Assembly: GCA_963843815.1 (NCBI GenBank)
Contig: CAWJLX010000006.1
Location: 79,834-143,833 of the forward strand
Reading direction: 5' to 3'
Source: an uncultured Actinomycetota bacterium
GTDB taxonomy: Bacteria > Actinomycetota > Actinomycetes > Propionibacteriales > Nocardioidaceae
Length of the DNA: 64,000 nucleotides
Part shown: positions 56,689 through 63,527 of the stretch, in pieces
Position numbering within the stretch: position 1 is the stretch's first letter
Layout: each line of letters starts with the position of its first letter
Translations under genes and position numbers: made by a program
Notes under the pieces: model-generated
Told to the model about the DNA's origin: nothing
The model's input: only the letters and a program-made list of their open reading frames with translations
The model's database searches: none

Positions 56689-57312
56689 TCAGGCCGCTCC
56701 CAGCCACCGCACCAGCGGCTTGAGGGCCCGCCAGTCCTCCCGCACCCGGTCGACCAGGCCGGCATCGATGGCTTCTTCCTCGAAGCCGTAGGACCGCCCG
56801 ACGAAGAGCTGCTTGTAACGCAGCAGGTGGATGCGTGGGTGGTCGGCGTCGTAGCCGCGCGGCGAGGTCTTCAGGCGGTCGCCGCCGATCTCGAAGCCGT
56901 CCTTCTCGAGCCGCTTCAGCAGTCGGTCGAGGGCCTTGCCGGTCTTCTCGTCGGCCATCGCCTCGCGGACCGCTGCCAGGCGCGGCCCGTCGGCGTCGTA
57001 GAAGCCGGCCCCGACCCGGGTGCCGCGCGCGGAGATCTCGACGTACCACCCGGTCGCCGGACCTGCCCCGACGAACGCGCCCTGGTGGGTCTTGTAGGGG
57101 GTCTTGTCCTTGGCGAAGCGGACGTCGCGATAGGGGCGGAACACCTTGGCGGTGCCGAACTCGGGCTCCAGGGCGGCGGTCAGCGCCTTCATCGGCGCCT
57201 CGACCGCCTCCTTGTAGACAGCGCGATGGGCCTCCCAGAACGACTTGGTGTTGTCGACCTCGAGGTCGTCGTAGAAGTCCAGGGCGGCGACGGGGAATCC
57301 GGTGAAGCTCAC
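56689..57312 (-). CDS. DUF2461-family protein
   Basis: Starts MSFTGFPVAALDFYDDLEVDNTKSFWEAHR, which is characteristic of the family. Confidence 0.75.
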   Translation of the reverse strand: MSFTGFPVAALDFYDDLEVDNTKSFWEAHRAVYKEAVEAPMKALTAALEPEFGTAKVFRPYRDVRFAKDKTPYKTHQGAFVGAGPATGWYVEISARGTRVGAGFYDADGPRLAAVREAMADEKTGKALDRLLKRLEKDGFEIGGDRLKTSPRGYDADHPRIHLLRYKQLFVGRSYGFEEEAIDAGLVDRVREDWRALKPLVRWLGAA

Positions 57313-57313
57313 G

Positions 57314-58423
57314 TCAGCCGACGTTAGCCCACACCAGCTCGTCGCCCTTCTCCCCGAACGAGGAGAGGGCCAGTACGCCGCCTCCGCAGGCGGGCTCGCC
57401 GAGGAAGGCGTTGCCGACCGACGCGGACTCGTAGGCGACCTCGAGGGTGTGCTCCGGGGTCCAGCGCATCAGCTGGGCCGGGTCGCCGGCGCCCTGTGGG
57501 TCGCGGACGAAGAAGACGGAGTCGCCGCACGGGACGGCGCTGCCGGTCGTGCCGGCCCCGAGGTCGAAGTAGAGGCCGTCGGCGGAGGCGTAGAAGTGCG
57601 CCTCCTCCTGGCGCCGGGGCTTCGGCACCTCCGACCACAGGGCTCCGTCGGCCGTGGCGGCGACGTCCCATCCTCGGCACTCCGTCGGTCCCTCGACCGG
57701 CTGGGGGATGCCGCTCCCGTCGAGGAGGTTGAGGGTGCGGCAGGCGACGGGACGGGCGTCGTCGAAGGTCATGATGCCGACGCCACGCTCGCTCGCGGTG
57801 AGGCCGGAGAAGCCCGAGCTGGCCGGGGCGCACCAGCCGTCCTCGCCGTTGCTGTCGGCGAGCGCGTTGGTGGCCAGGCAGTAGGCCCGGTCGTCGCCGT
57901 ACGTCGGGTAGTAGAGGTCGCCGCCGGTGAGCGCCCAGGAGCCGCCGCTGGCCGGGCTCGGGCCGGCGAGGCTGCTCTTCTTGCCGCTGGCGAGGTCGAC
58001 GACCTCGACCTCGCTCGGCTCGGTCTCGGTCTTGTCCTGGCGCACCACGACGGCCCATTCGGTGCTCATCAGGGCTTCGGAGATGGTGCGCCCGCTGCCG
58101 GCGTCGATCGTGGTGGTGCGCCCGCCGACGGTCACGTCGACACTGGCGTTGTCCTGGGCCACCTGGGCCAGGGCCTCGGGGCCCCTGACGTAGCGGGTGC
58201 CGGCCTCGACCCCGGCGTCGTTCCACTCGAGCAGCGCGGGCTCGGGCTCGACGACGGTGGGTGCGTCGATCGCGCCTCCGGTGGCGGCTCCATCGGTGGG
58301 CGCGTCCGTCGAGGTCTCGCTGGTGCTGCTCGACGCGTCGTCGCCCGGGGCCGGGGTCTCGGTTCCTCCGCAGCCGGCGAGCGTGACCAGCAGCGCCAGC
58401 GCGATCGTCGTACGGACCCGCAT
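57314..58423 (-). CDS. lipoprotein, hypothetical
   Basis: Lipobox LVTLAGCGG. The start lies 2 nt after the upstream stop. Confidence 0.65.
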   Translation of the reverse strand: MRVRTTIALALLVTLAGCGGTETPAPGDDASSSTSETSTDAPTDGAATGGAIDAPTVVEPEPALLEWNDAGVEAGTRYVRGPEALAQVAQDNASVDVTVGGRTTTIDAGSGRTISEALMSTEWAVVVRQDKTETEPSEVEVVDLASGKKSSLAGPSPASGGSWALTGGDLYYPTYGDDRAYCLATNALADSNGEDGWCAPASSGFSGLTASERGVGIMTFDDARPVACRTLNLLDGSGIPQPVEGPTECRGWDVAATADGALWSEVPKPRRQEEAHFYASADGLYFDLGAGTTGSAVPCGDSVFFVRDPQGAGDPAQLMRWTPEHTLEVAYESASVGNAFLGEPACGGGVLALSSFGEKGDELVWANVG

Positions 58424-58424
58424 G

Positions 58425-59657
58425 TCAGACCCCGACGTTGTGCTGGAAGTGGGCGCGGTTGGCGCGGTAGGACCGGTAGGCGTTGCGCCACTGGACGCGG
58501 CCGATGGACGGCTCGCTCGGGTCGAAACGCGACTGGTCCCACGGCTCGAAGTAGCCGATCCTGGGATTGCCGTCGGTGTTCTGGTCGAAGCCGCGCCCGA
58601 CCTGGAAGTGACCGCTGGCGTCGTCGTCGAGGTAGGGGTAGTACTGCTTGAGCAGCACCGGGTGGAGGACGACGGGCGCTTCGTAGTCGTGGATGTGGCG
58701 CATCATCAGGCGGTACCACTGCTTGAAGGTGAAGTCGCTGATGTCGAGCACGACGTAGGGGCCGGCGTGGGCGGCGTCGTCGTAGTCGGTCTGGTTGTTG
58801 ATCACGCGCACCATGTCGGTGATGGCCGTGCCGGCCGAGGTGGTGCGCAGGCGGCGCGCCCAGTAGGACTGGTTCTTCCGCTTCTGGCTCGAGCCCCATC
58901 CGATGGCCTGCATGGCCGTCGGGCCGCACCAGTAGGTCGTGTTCTGGCTGCGGACCTGCGACCGGTCCATGATGGCGAACTTCTCGGGATACTTCTGGCC
59001 GAAGCCACGCGCGTCGACCTCGGTGCCGGCGGTGATCTCGGGGTGGCGCTCGGCGAAGTCGGCCGGCAGCTCGACGCCCTGGACCTCGTGGCGCAGCATC
59101 CACACCTTGCCGACGGACCGCGCGGCCATGGTGAGCTCGGCGCGCTCGGACTCGGTACGGGCGGCGGCGCCGCGGTTGTCGGCGCGGGCCAGCAGGCCGT
59201 CGGCGTCGAGGTCGCCGGTGCGCTCGCGGCCCGGCTTCGGGCGCGGTGCCATCCGGGCGGCGAGGGTCGCGCGGCTCTGGTTGGTCCAGCCGAAGCCGAG
59301 GCAGTAGCGCTGGCCGTCGAAGGTCGCGCACCGGACGGCGGCTCGCGCCATCGCCGTACGCCCTCGGGCCCGGTCGAGGCCGGCGCCCTCGGCGAGCACG
59401 CGGTCGATCTCGGCCTGCATCGCGGGCGTGACCCGGCCGCGGCCGCTGGCGTTGCCCGGCGCCTCGGCGGAGTCCGCAGACGGGGCGATCCGGCCCTGCC
59501 CGTCGTCGCCGTCAGGCAGGAACGGGACCGCGCCCAGGGTCAGGGCGAGGGCCGCCGCGGCGATGGTCGCGGGGTGGCGCCACAGGGGCCGGGAGGAGTC
59601 CTCGCCGGCGATCCGGGAGGCGATGCGAGTGGTGAGGAAGCGGGGAAGGGCTGGCAT
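58425..59657 (-). CDS. secreted papain-like (C39-like) cysteine peptidase-domain protein
   Basis: Has an N-terminal signal or TM segment. It contains a YWCGPTAMQAIGW putative nucleophile motif, with SGHFQV about 110 aa later. Confidence 0.5.
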   Translation of the reverse strand: MPALPRFLTTRIASRIAGEDSSRPLWRHPATIAAAALALTLGAVPFLPDGDDGQGRIAPSADSAEAPGNASGRGRVTPAMQAEIDRVLAEGAGLDRARGRTAMARAAVRCATFDGQRYCLGFGWTNQSRATLAARMAPRPKPGRERTGDLDADGLLARADNRGAAARTESERAELTMAARSVGKVWMLRHEVQGVELPADFAERHPEITAGTEVDARGFGQKYPEKFAIMDRSQVRSQNTTYWCGPTAMQAIGWGSSQKRKNQSYWARRLRTTSAGTAITDMVRVINNQTDYDDAAHAGPYVVLDISDFTFKQWYRLMMRHIHDYEAPVVLHPVLLKQYYPYLDDDASGHFQVGRGFDQNTDGNPRIGYFEPWDQSRFDPSEPSIGRVQWRNAYRSYRANRAHFQHNVGV

Positions 59658-59770
59658 GGGGAAGAACCTCGATCCGAGAAGACGGTCGCCTCACTGTCCC
59701 CTCTGGTCCCAGAAGGCGCAAGTTTCCCACTGACAACAGTGCAGTCCGCCACCCCAGCCTGAACGAGAGA

Positions 59771-59829
59771 TAGTCCGCATCAATTGGCTCCCCGAAACGA
59801 TTGCTCAAGGAGTTCTTTGATGCGGACTA
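59771..59829. repeat. 59-nt hairpin element, arms TAGTCCGCATCAA / TTGATGCGGACTA (copy 1)
   Basis: Perfect 13-bp arms with a 33-nt loop. It lies 14 nt downstream (minus strand) of the tRNA-derived array. Confidence 0.8.
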
Positions 59830-59843
59830 CCGAGAGGAAGACG

Positions 59844-60163
59844 TGGAGCGGATGACGAGATTCGAACTCGCGACATCGACGGTGGGCAGAGTGTCGCGCT
59901 CTGCGCGCCTACCGGGAGGAAGTTGGAGCGGATGACGAGATTCGAACTCGCGACATCGACGGTGGGCAGAGTGTCGCGCTCTGCGTGCCTACCGGGAGGG
60001 AGTTGGAGCGGATGACGAGATTCGAGCTCGCGACATCGACGGTGGGCAGAGTGTCGCGCTCTGCGTGCCTACCGGGAGGGAGTTGGAGCGGATGACGAGA
60101 TTCGAACTCGCGACATCGACGGTGGGCAGAGTGTCGCGCTCTGCGCGCCTAAGCGGAGGAAGT
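59844..60163 (-). repeat. four tandem 80-bp tRNA-Gly-derived pseudo-units
   Basis: Units start at 59844, 59924, 60004 and 60084. Each contains the 37-nt tRNA 3' portion TGGAGCGGATGACGAGATTCGAACTCGCGACATCGAC (plus strand), and the units differ from each other by 1-4 SNPs. Confidence 0.9.
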
Positions 60164-60239
60164 TGGAGCGGATGACGAGATTCGAACTCGCGACATCGAC
60201 CTTGGGAAGGTCGCGCTCTACCAACTGAGCTACATCCGC
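60164..60239 (-). tRNA. tRNA-Gly (anticodon CCC)
   Basis: The manual cloverleaf is GCGGATG-TA-GCTC-AGTTGGTA-GAGC-G-CGACC-TTCCCAA-GGTCG-ATGTC-GCGAG-TTCGAAT-CTCGT-CATCCGC-T-CCA, 76 nt. Confidence 0.95.
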
Positions 60240-60268
60240 AGTGCCGTCCGGGAACGGCGGGCCGAATG

Positions 60269-61030
60269 CTACCTGACGCTCGAGAGACCCGGTCGCTTCG
60301 GGGAGACGGAGTCGCCCGAGGAGCGTCCGGTGACGCGGCGGTGCACCCACGGCACCAGGAACTCGCGAGTCCACTGGACGTTGGCGGCCCACTGCTGGCG
60401 GCGCCCCAGCAGCGGGGGCGGCTGCACCGTGACCGGCGGCTGTGCGTGCTCGACCCCGAGGGCCTCGAGGACGGCGTGCGCCATGTGCGTGTGTCCGTCG
60501 GTGTTGAGGTGCATCCGGTCGGCGTCCATGACGCCTGCGATCTCGATGTCGCGCATCCGCCACATGTCGACGATCGTCGCGTCGTGCCGGTCGGCGATCT
60601 CGCGGACCCACTCGTTGAAGATCGCCATCCGCCCGCGCACGGGTCCGTAGATCCCCTTGCCGCCCGGGTCGAAGATCGTGAACATCACCACGTGGGCGCC
60701 GGTGGCAGCCAGGCGCGCGATGGCGTCGTCGTACGACCTGGCGAGGGCGTCGAGGTCGACCCGCGGCCGGAGCACGTCGTTGCCTCCGCCGTGGATGGTG
60801 ATGAGGTCCGGCTCGAGCGCGACGGCGGCACCCACCTGCTCGGCGACGATGGGGCCGAGCTTGCGGCCGCGGACGGCGAGGTTGGCGTAGCCGAAGTCGT
60901 CGGACTGTTCAGCGAGCACCTCGGCGACGCGGTCGGCCCAGCCGCGCAGGCCGTTGGGCCGCGCGGGGTCGGGGTCGCCGACGCCCTCGGTGAAGGAGTC
61001 GCCCAGGGCGACGTAGCGGTGGAAGGTCAC
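60269..61030 (-). CDS. SGNH/GDSL-family hydrolase
   Basis: Contains block I ALGDSFTEG, block III HGGGNDV and block V DRMHLN. The GTG at 61030 is preferred, though the ATG at 61102 is possible. Confidence 0.8.
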   Translation of the reverse strand: MTFHRYVALGDSFTEGVGDPDPARPNGLRGWADRVAEVLAEQSDDFGYANLAVRGRKLGPIVAEQVGAAVALEPDLITIHGGGNDVLRPRVDLDALARSYDDAIARLAATGAHVVMFTIFDPGGKGIYGPVRGRMAIFNEWVREIADRHDATIVDMWRMRDIEIAGVMDADRMHLNTDGHTHMAHAVLEALGVEHAQPPVTVQPPPLLGRRQQWAANVQWTREFLVPWVHRRVTGRSSGDSVSPKRPGLSSVR

Positions 61031-61118
61031 CGAACCATTGTGGCGACCGGATCCCCAGAGCCGAAAACGGCCGTGGAGGCGTGGCCCCGGAGCCGGTGAC
61101 ATGCCTTAGGTTGGCGCC

Positions 61119-61694
61119 GTGCTGCTCTCTGATCGCGACATCGCCCGTGAGATCGACCTGGGCCGGATCGCCCTCGAGCCGTGGGACCCGCAGATGATGC
61201 AACCCTCGAGCGTCGACGTACGCCTCGACCGGTTCTTCCGGGTCTTCGAGAACCACCGCTATCCCCACATCGACCCGGCGGCCGACCAGTCCGAGCTGAC
61301 CCGCGAGGTCGAGCCGGAGGGCGACGAGCCGTTCATCCTGCATCCGGGCGAGTTCGTCCTGGGCTCGACGTACGAGGCCGTGTCCCTGCCCGACGACGTG
61401 GCCGCGCGCGTCGAGGGCAAGTCCTCCCTGGGTCGGCTCGGGCTGCTGACCCACGCGACCGCCGGCTTCGTCGACCCCGGCTTCTCCGGTCACGTGACCC
61501 TGGAGCTCGCCAACGTCGCGACGCTGCCGATCAAGCTCTACCCCGGCATGAAGATCGGCCAGTTCTGCTTCTTCCGGCTCTCCTCGCCCAGCGAGCACCC
61601 GTACGGCTCGGAGAAGTACGGCTCGCGCTACCAGGGCCAACGCGGCCCCACGCCGAGCCGGTCGTTCCAGAACTTCCACCGCACGTCGATCTGA
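61119..61694 (+). CDS. dcd: dCTP deaminase
   Basis: Contains MLLSDRDI...PSSVDVRLD...[15 protein letters not shown]...YQGQRGPT. Confidence 0.95.
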   Translation: MLLSDRDIAREIDLGRIALEPWDPQMMQPSSVDVRLDRFFRVFENHRYPHIDPAADQSELTREVEPEGDEPFILHPGEFVLGSTYEAVSLPDDVAARVEGKSSLGRLGLLTHATAGFVDPGFSGHVTLELANVATLPIKLYPGMKIGQFCFFRLSSPSEHPYGSEKYGSRYQGQRGPTPSRSFQNFHRTSI

Positions 61695-61702
61695 GCGGCG
61701 CA

Positions 61703-61716
61703 GGAGGGCGCCCTCC
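61703..61716. terminator. GC-rich perfect palindrome GGAGGGCGCCCTCC between convergent genes
   Basis: A 14-bp perfect palindrome, extendable to about 24 nt with one mismatch. Confidence 0.4.
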
Positions 61717-61740
61717 CGCGCGCGGTGGGTGGCGTGCGGC

Positions 61741-61833
61741 TCAGCGGCGCTTGGGGGCGCGGGGCGAGTAGCGCACGCGCTCGGCGATGCGGTGACGAGC
61801 GATCAGCTCGATGTCGGTGAACGCGTCATGCAT
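61741..61833 (-). CDS. 30-aa small ORF downstream of the DUF4097 gene (candidate)
   Basis: AAAGGAG RBS 7 nt upstream of the ATG. The product is MHDAFTDIELIARHRIAERVRYSPRAPKRR, and 26 of 29 codons end in G or C. Confidence 0.4.
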   Translation of the reverse strand: MHDAFTDIELIARHRIAERVRYSPRAPKRR

Positions 61834-61861
61834 GGTCGTGCTCCTTTCGTGTGGAGTGGGG

Positions 61862-62710
61862 TCAGCCCTGGTGGAGGGTGACGTCGCCCGAGGCCGTGGT
61901 GGCTCGGACCTCGAGGAAGGGCTCGTCGGCCGCCGGCTCACCGGTGGCGGGGAGGGTGGAGGTGAGGGTGCCGCTCGCGGTGCGTACGTCGGTCCAGACC
62001 GGGGTTCCCGCACGGACGCCGATGCTGATGTCACCGCTCGCGGTCTTGGCGGTCACGCGGCCGGCGGCAACCTCGTTGATCACCAGGTCTCCCGATCCGG
62101 TGGTGAAGACCACCTCCCCGGACAGCGATCCGACCTGGGCGTCGCCCGACCCGGTCTTGATGGCCAGCTCGCCGTGGGCGCCGCCCACGCGTACGTCGCC
62201 GCTCCCGGTCGTGACCAGGAGGTCCGAGCCGGCCCGGTCGACGCGGACGTCGCCCGAGCCGGACTTGATCCGGGCATCGCCGGTGAGGTGCTCGGCGACC
62301 ACGTCGCCGGAGCCCGACTGCACGACCGTCGAGCCGTCGACCACGTCGAGGGAGACGTCGCCCGACCCGCTGTCGATGTGGGTGTCGGAGAACCGGCCGT
62401 GGGCGAGGACGTCGCTGCTGCCCACCTTGACCCTCAGGCCGCTCGCGACCGGCACCTCGACGACGATCTCGGCGCGCGGGTCACGGCCGAAGAACCCGCC
62501 AGATCCTCGGGGCGCGATGATCGCGATGCGGTGGCCCGAGTGCTCGTCGGTCAGGTCGCGGACGTCGTACTCCTGGGCGCGCTCGCCGGTGATGCGCACG
62601 GTGGTCTCGGTGGTCTCGGTGGCAGTCACGTCGACCATGCCGCGGCCGTTCTCGACATAGAGGCCGATCGGCTCGGGGGTGTGGAAGGCCATGTCCAGCT
62701 GGTTGTTCAT
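61862..62710 (-). CDS. DUF4097-family beta-strand repeat protein
   Basis: Repeated GSGD(V/I)-x-(V/L) units, for example SGSGDVSLD, SGSGDVVAE, SGSGDVRVD and TGSGDVRVG. Confidence 0.8.
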   Translation of the reverse strand: MNNQLDMAFHTPEPIGLYVENGRGMVDVTATETTETTVRITGERAQEYDVRDLTDEHSGHRIAIIAPRGSGGFFGRDPRAEIVVEVPVASGLRVKVGSSDVLAHGRFSDTHIDSGSGDVSLDVVDGSTVVQSGSGDVVAEHLTGDARIKSGSGDVRVDRAGSDLLVTTGSGDVRVGGAHGELAIKTGSGDAQVGSLSGEVVFTTGSGDLVINEVAAGRVTAKTASGDISIGVRAGTPVWTDVRTASGTLTSTLPATGEPAADEPFLEVRATTASGDVTLHQG

Positions 62711-62812
62711 CGTTGTCTCCCAGGTCGGTTCGGGGTGTGTTCGTCCGACGGGCCGGCGTCTGCCGGTCCGCTGTGGAGCGGTGAGGGGAGGGGCTGGCTC
62801 AGCCCCGCTCGG

Positions 62813-63355
62813 TCACAGCCAGCCGGTCATCCGGCGGTTGCCGCCCTGCTTGCGGTTGGCGGCGAAGGGGTCGTAACCCACGAAGGGGACGCTGCTCAGG
62901 TCGATGTCGACGTTGATCGCGTGCTCGTTGGTGGCACTGCGCACGAGGCCGACCATCCAGGTGTTCAGGCTCTGCCCGGCCGCGGCGGCCTTCTCCTCGG
63001 CCCGGGCCTTGACGGCCTCCGGGATGCGGAGGGTGATCCGGGCCAGGTCGCCGTCGTCCTCCTCCAGCGCCTGCGGAGCCGGTGGCGGTGGCGGGGCGGG
63101 CGCGGCCGTCGGAGGGGCGATCTCGACCACGAAGTCGAGCTCGCGACCGACCAGCCGGACGTCGACACTGCCCTCGGGCAGCTCGGCGGTGATCTCGGCG
63201 GCGGCGTGGGAGATGGCCTCCATCAGCGCCAGTCGGGCGCTCGGGTCGAGCGCGTAGGACAGCCGCTCGGCCGCCTGCCTCAGCTCGTCGCCGCCCGCCT
63301 CGGCCGCCGCGAGCAGGTCCCGGCGGAGGGTGTCGACGTAGGGGGTGATGTCCAT
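62813..63355 (-). CDS. ribbon-helix-helix (HicB/Arc-like) domain protein
   Basis: The C-terminal half carries ARITLRIPEAVKARAEEKAAAAGQSLNTWMVGLVR after a Pro-rich linker. An alternative GTG start lies at 63364. Confidence 0.65.
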   Translation of the reverse strand: MDITPYVDTLRRDLLAAAEAGGDELRQAAERLSYALDPSARLALMEAISHAAAEITAELPEGSVDVRLVGRELDFVVEIAPPTAAPAPPPPPAPQALEEDDGDLARITLRIPEAVKARAEEKAAAAGQSLNTWMVGLVRSATNEHAINVDIDLSSVPFVGYDPFAANRKQGGNRRMTGWL

Positions 63356-63365
63356 GTGCACCACT

Positions 63366-63429
63366 GTGACATCACGATGATGTCATGTCAACTGCAATGT
63401 GACATCACGTTGGCGTCGAGTGACGTCAC
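63366..63429. promoter_or_regulatory. three GTGAC(A/G)TCAC boxes upstream of the RHH gene
   Basis: Boxes lie at 63366-63375, 63399-63408 and 63420-63429. The first is part of the palindrome TGACATCA-CGA-TGATGTCA (63367-63385). Confidence 0.55.
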
Positions 63430-63448
63430 ACGTGCCACCCACCTGGTG

Positions 63449-63507
63449 TAGTCCGCATCAAAAAGCTGGTCGTGAACGTGGTTTCACGAGCTTTCTGATG
63501 CGGACTA
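63449..63507. repeat. 59-nt hairpin element, arms TAGTCCGCATCA / TGATGCGGACTA (copy 2)
   Basis: It has the same 12-bp arms as 59771-59829 but an unrelated loop that itself pairs (TCGTGAA/TTCACGA). It lies 20 nt downstream of the stop at 63528. Confidence 0.8.
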
Positions 63508-63527
63508 TCCGGTCATGGCGGTTTCGG

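Noticed and set aside
59844-60239. Possible CRISPR array, given the regular 80-bp periodicity
   Set aside because: The whole 80-bp unit repeats with no unique spacers, the repeat is tRNA-derived, and no cas genes are present.
61834-62034. Upstream two-thirds of the 97-aa ORF 61741-62034
   Set aside because: It overlaps the DUF4097 gene out of frame on the same strand and has a Pro/Ser/Arg-rich product. Only the last 30 codons, after an RBS, look plausible.
59771-63507. Genomic island or integrated element at tRNA-Gly, bounded by the two matching hairpin elements
   Set aside because: There is no integrase, recombinase or phage genes. The content is housekeeping-like (dcd, SGNH hydrolase, DUF4097/RHH) with normal GC and codon bias, and the bounding elements are hairpins rather than direct att repeats.
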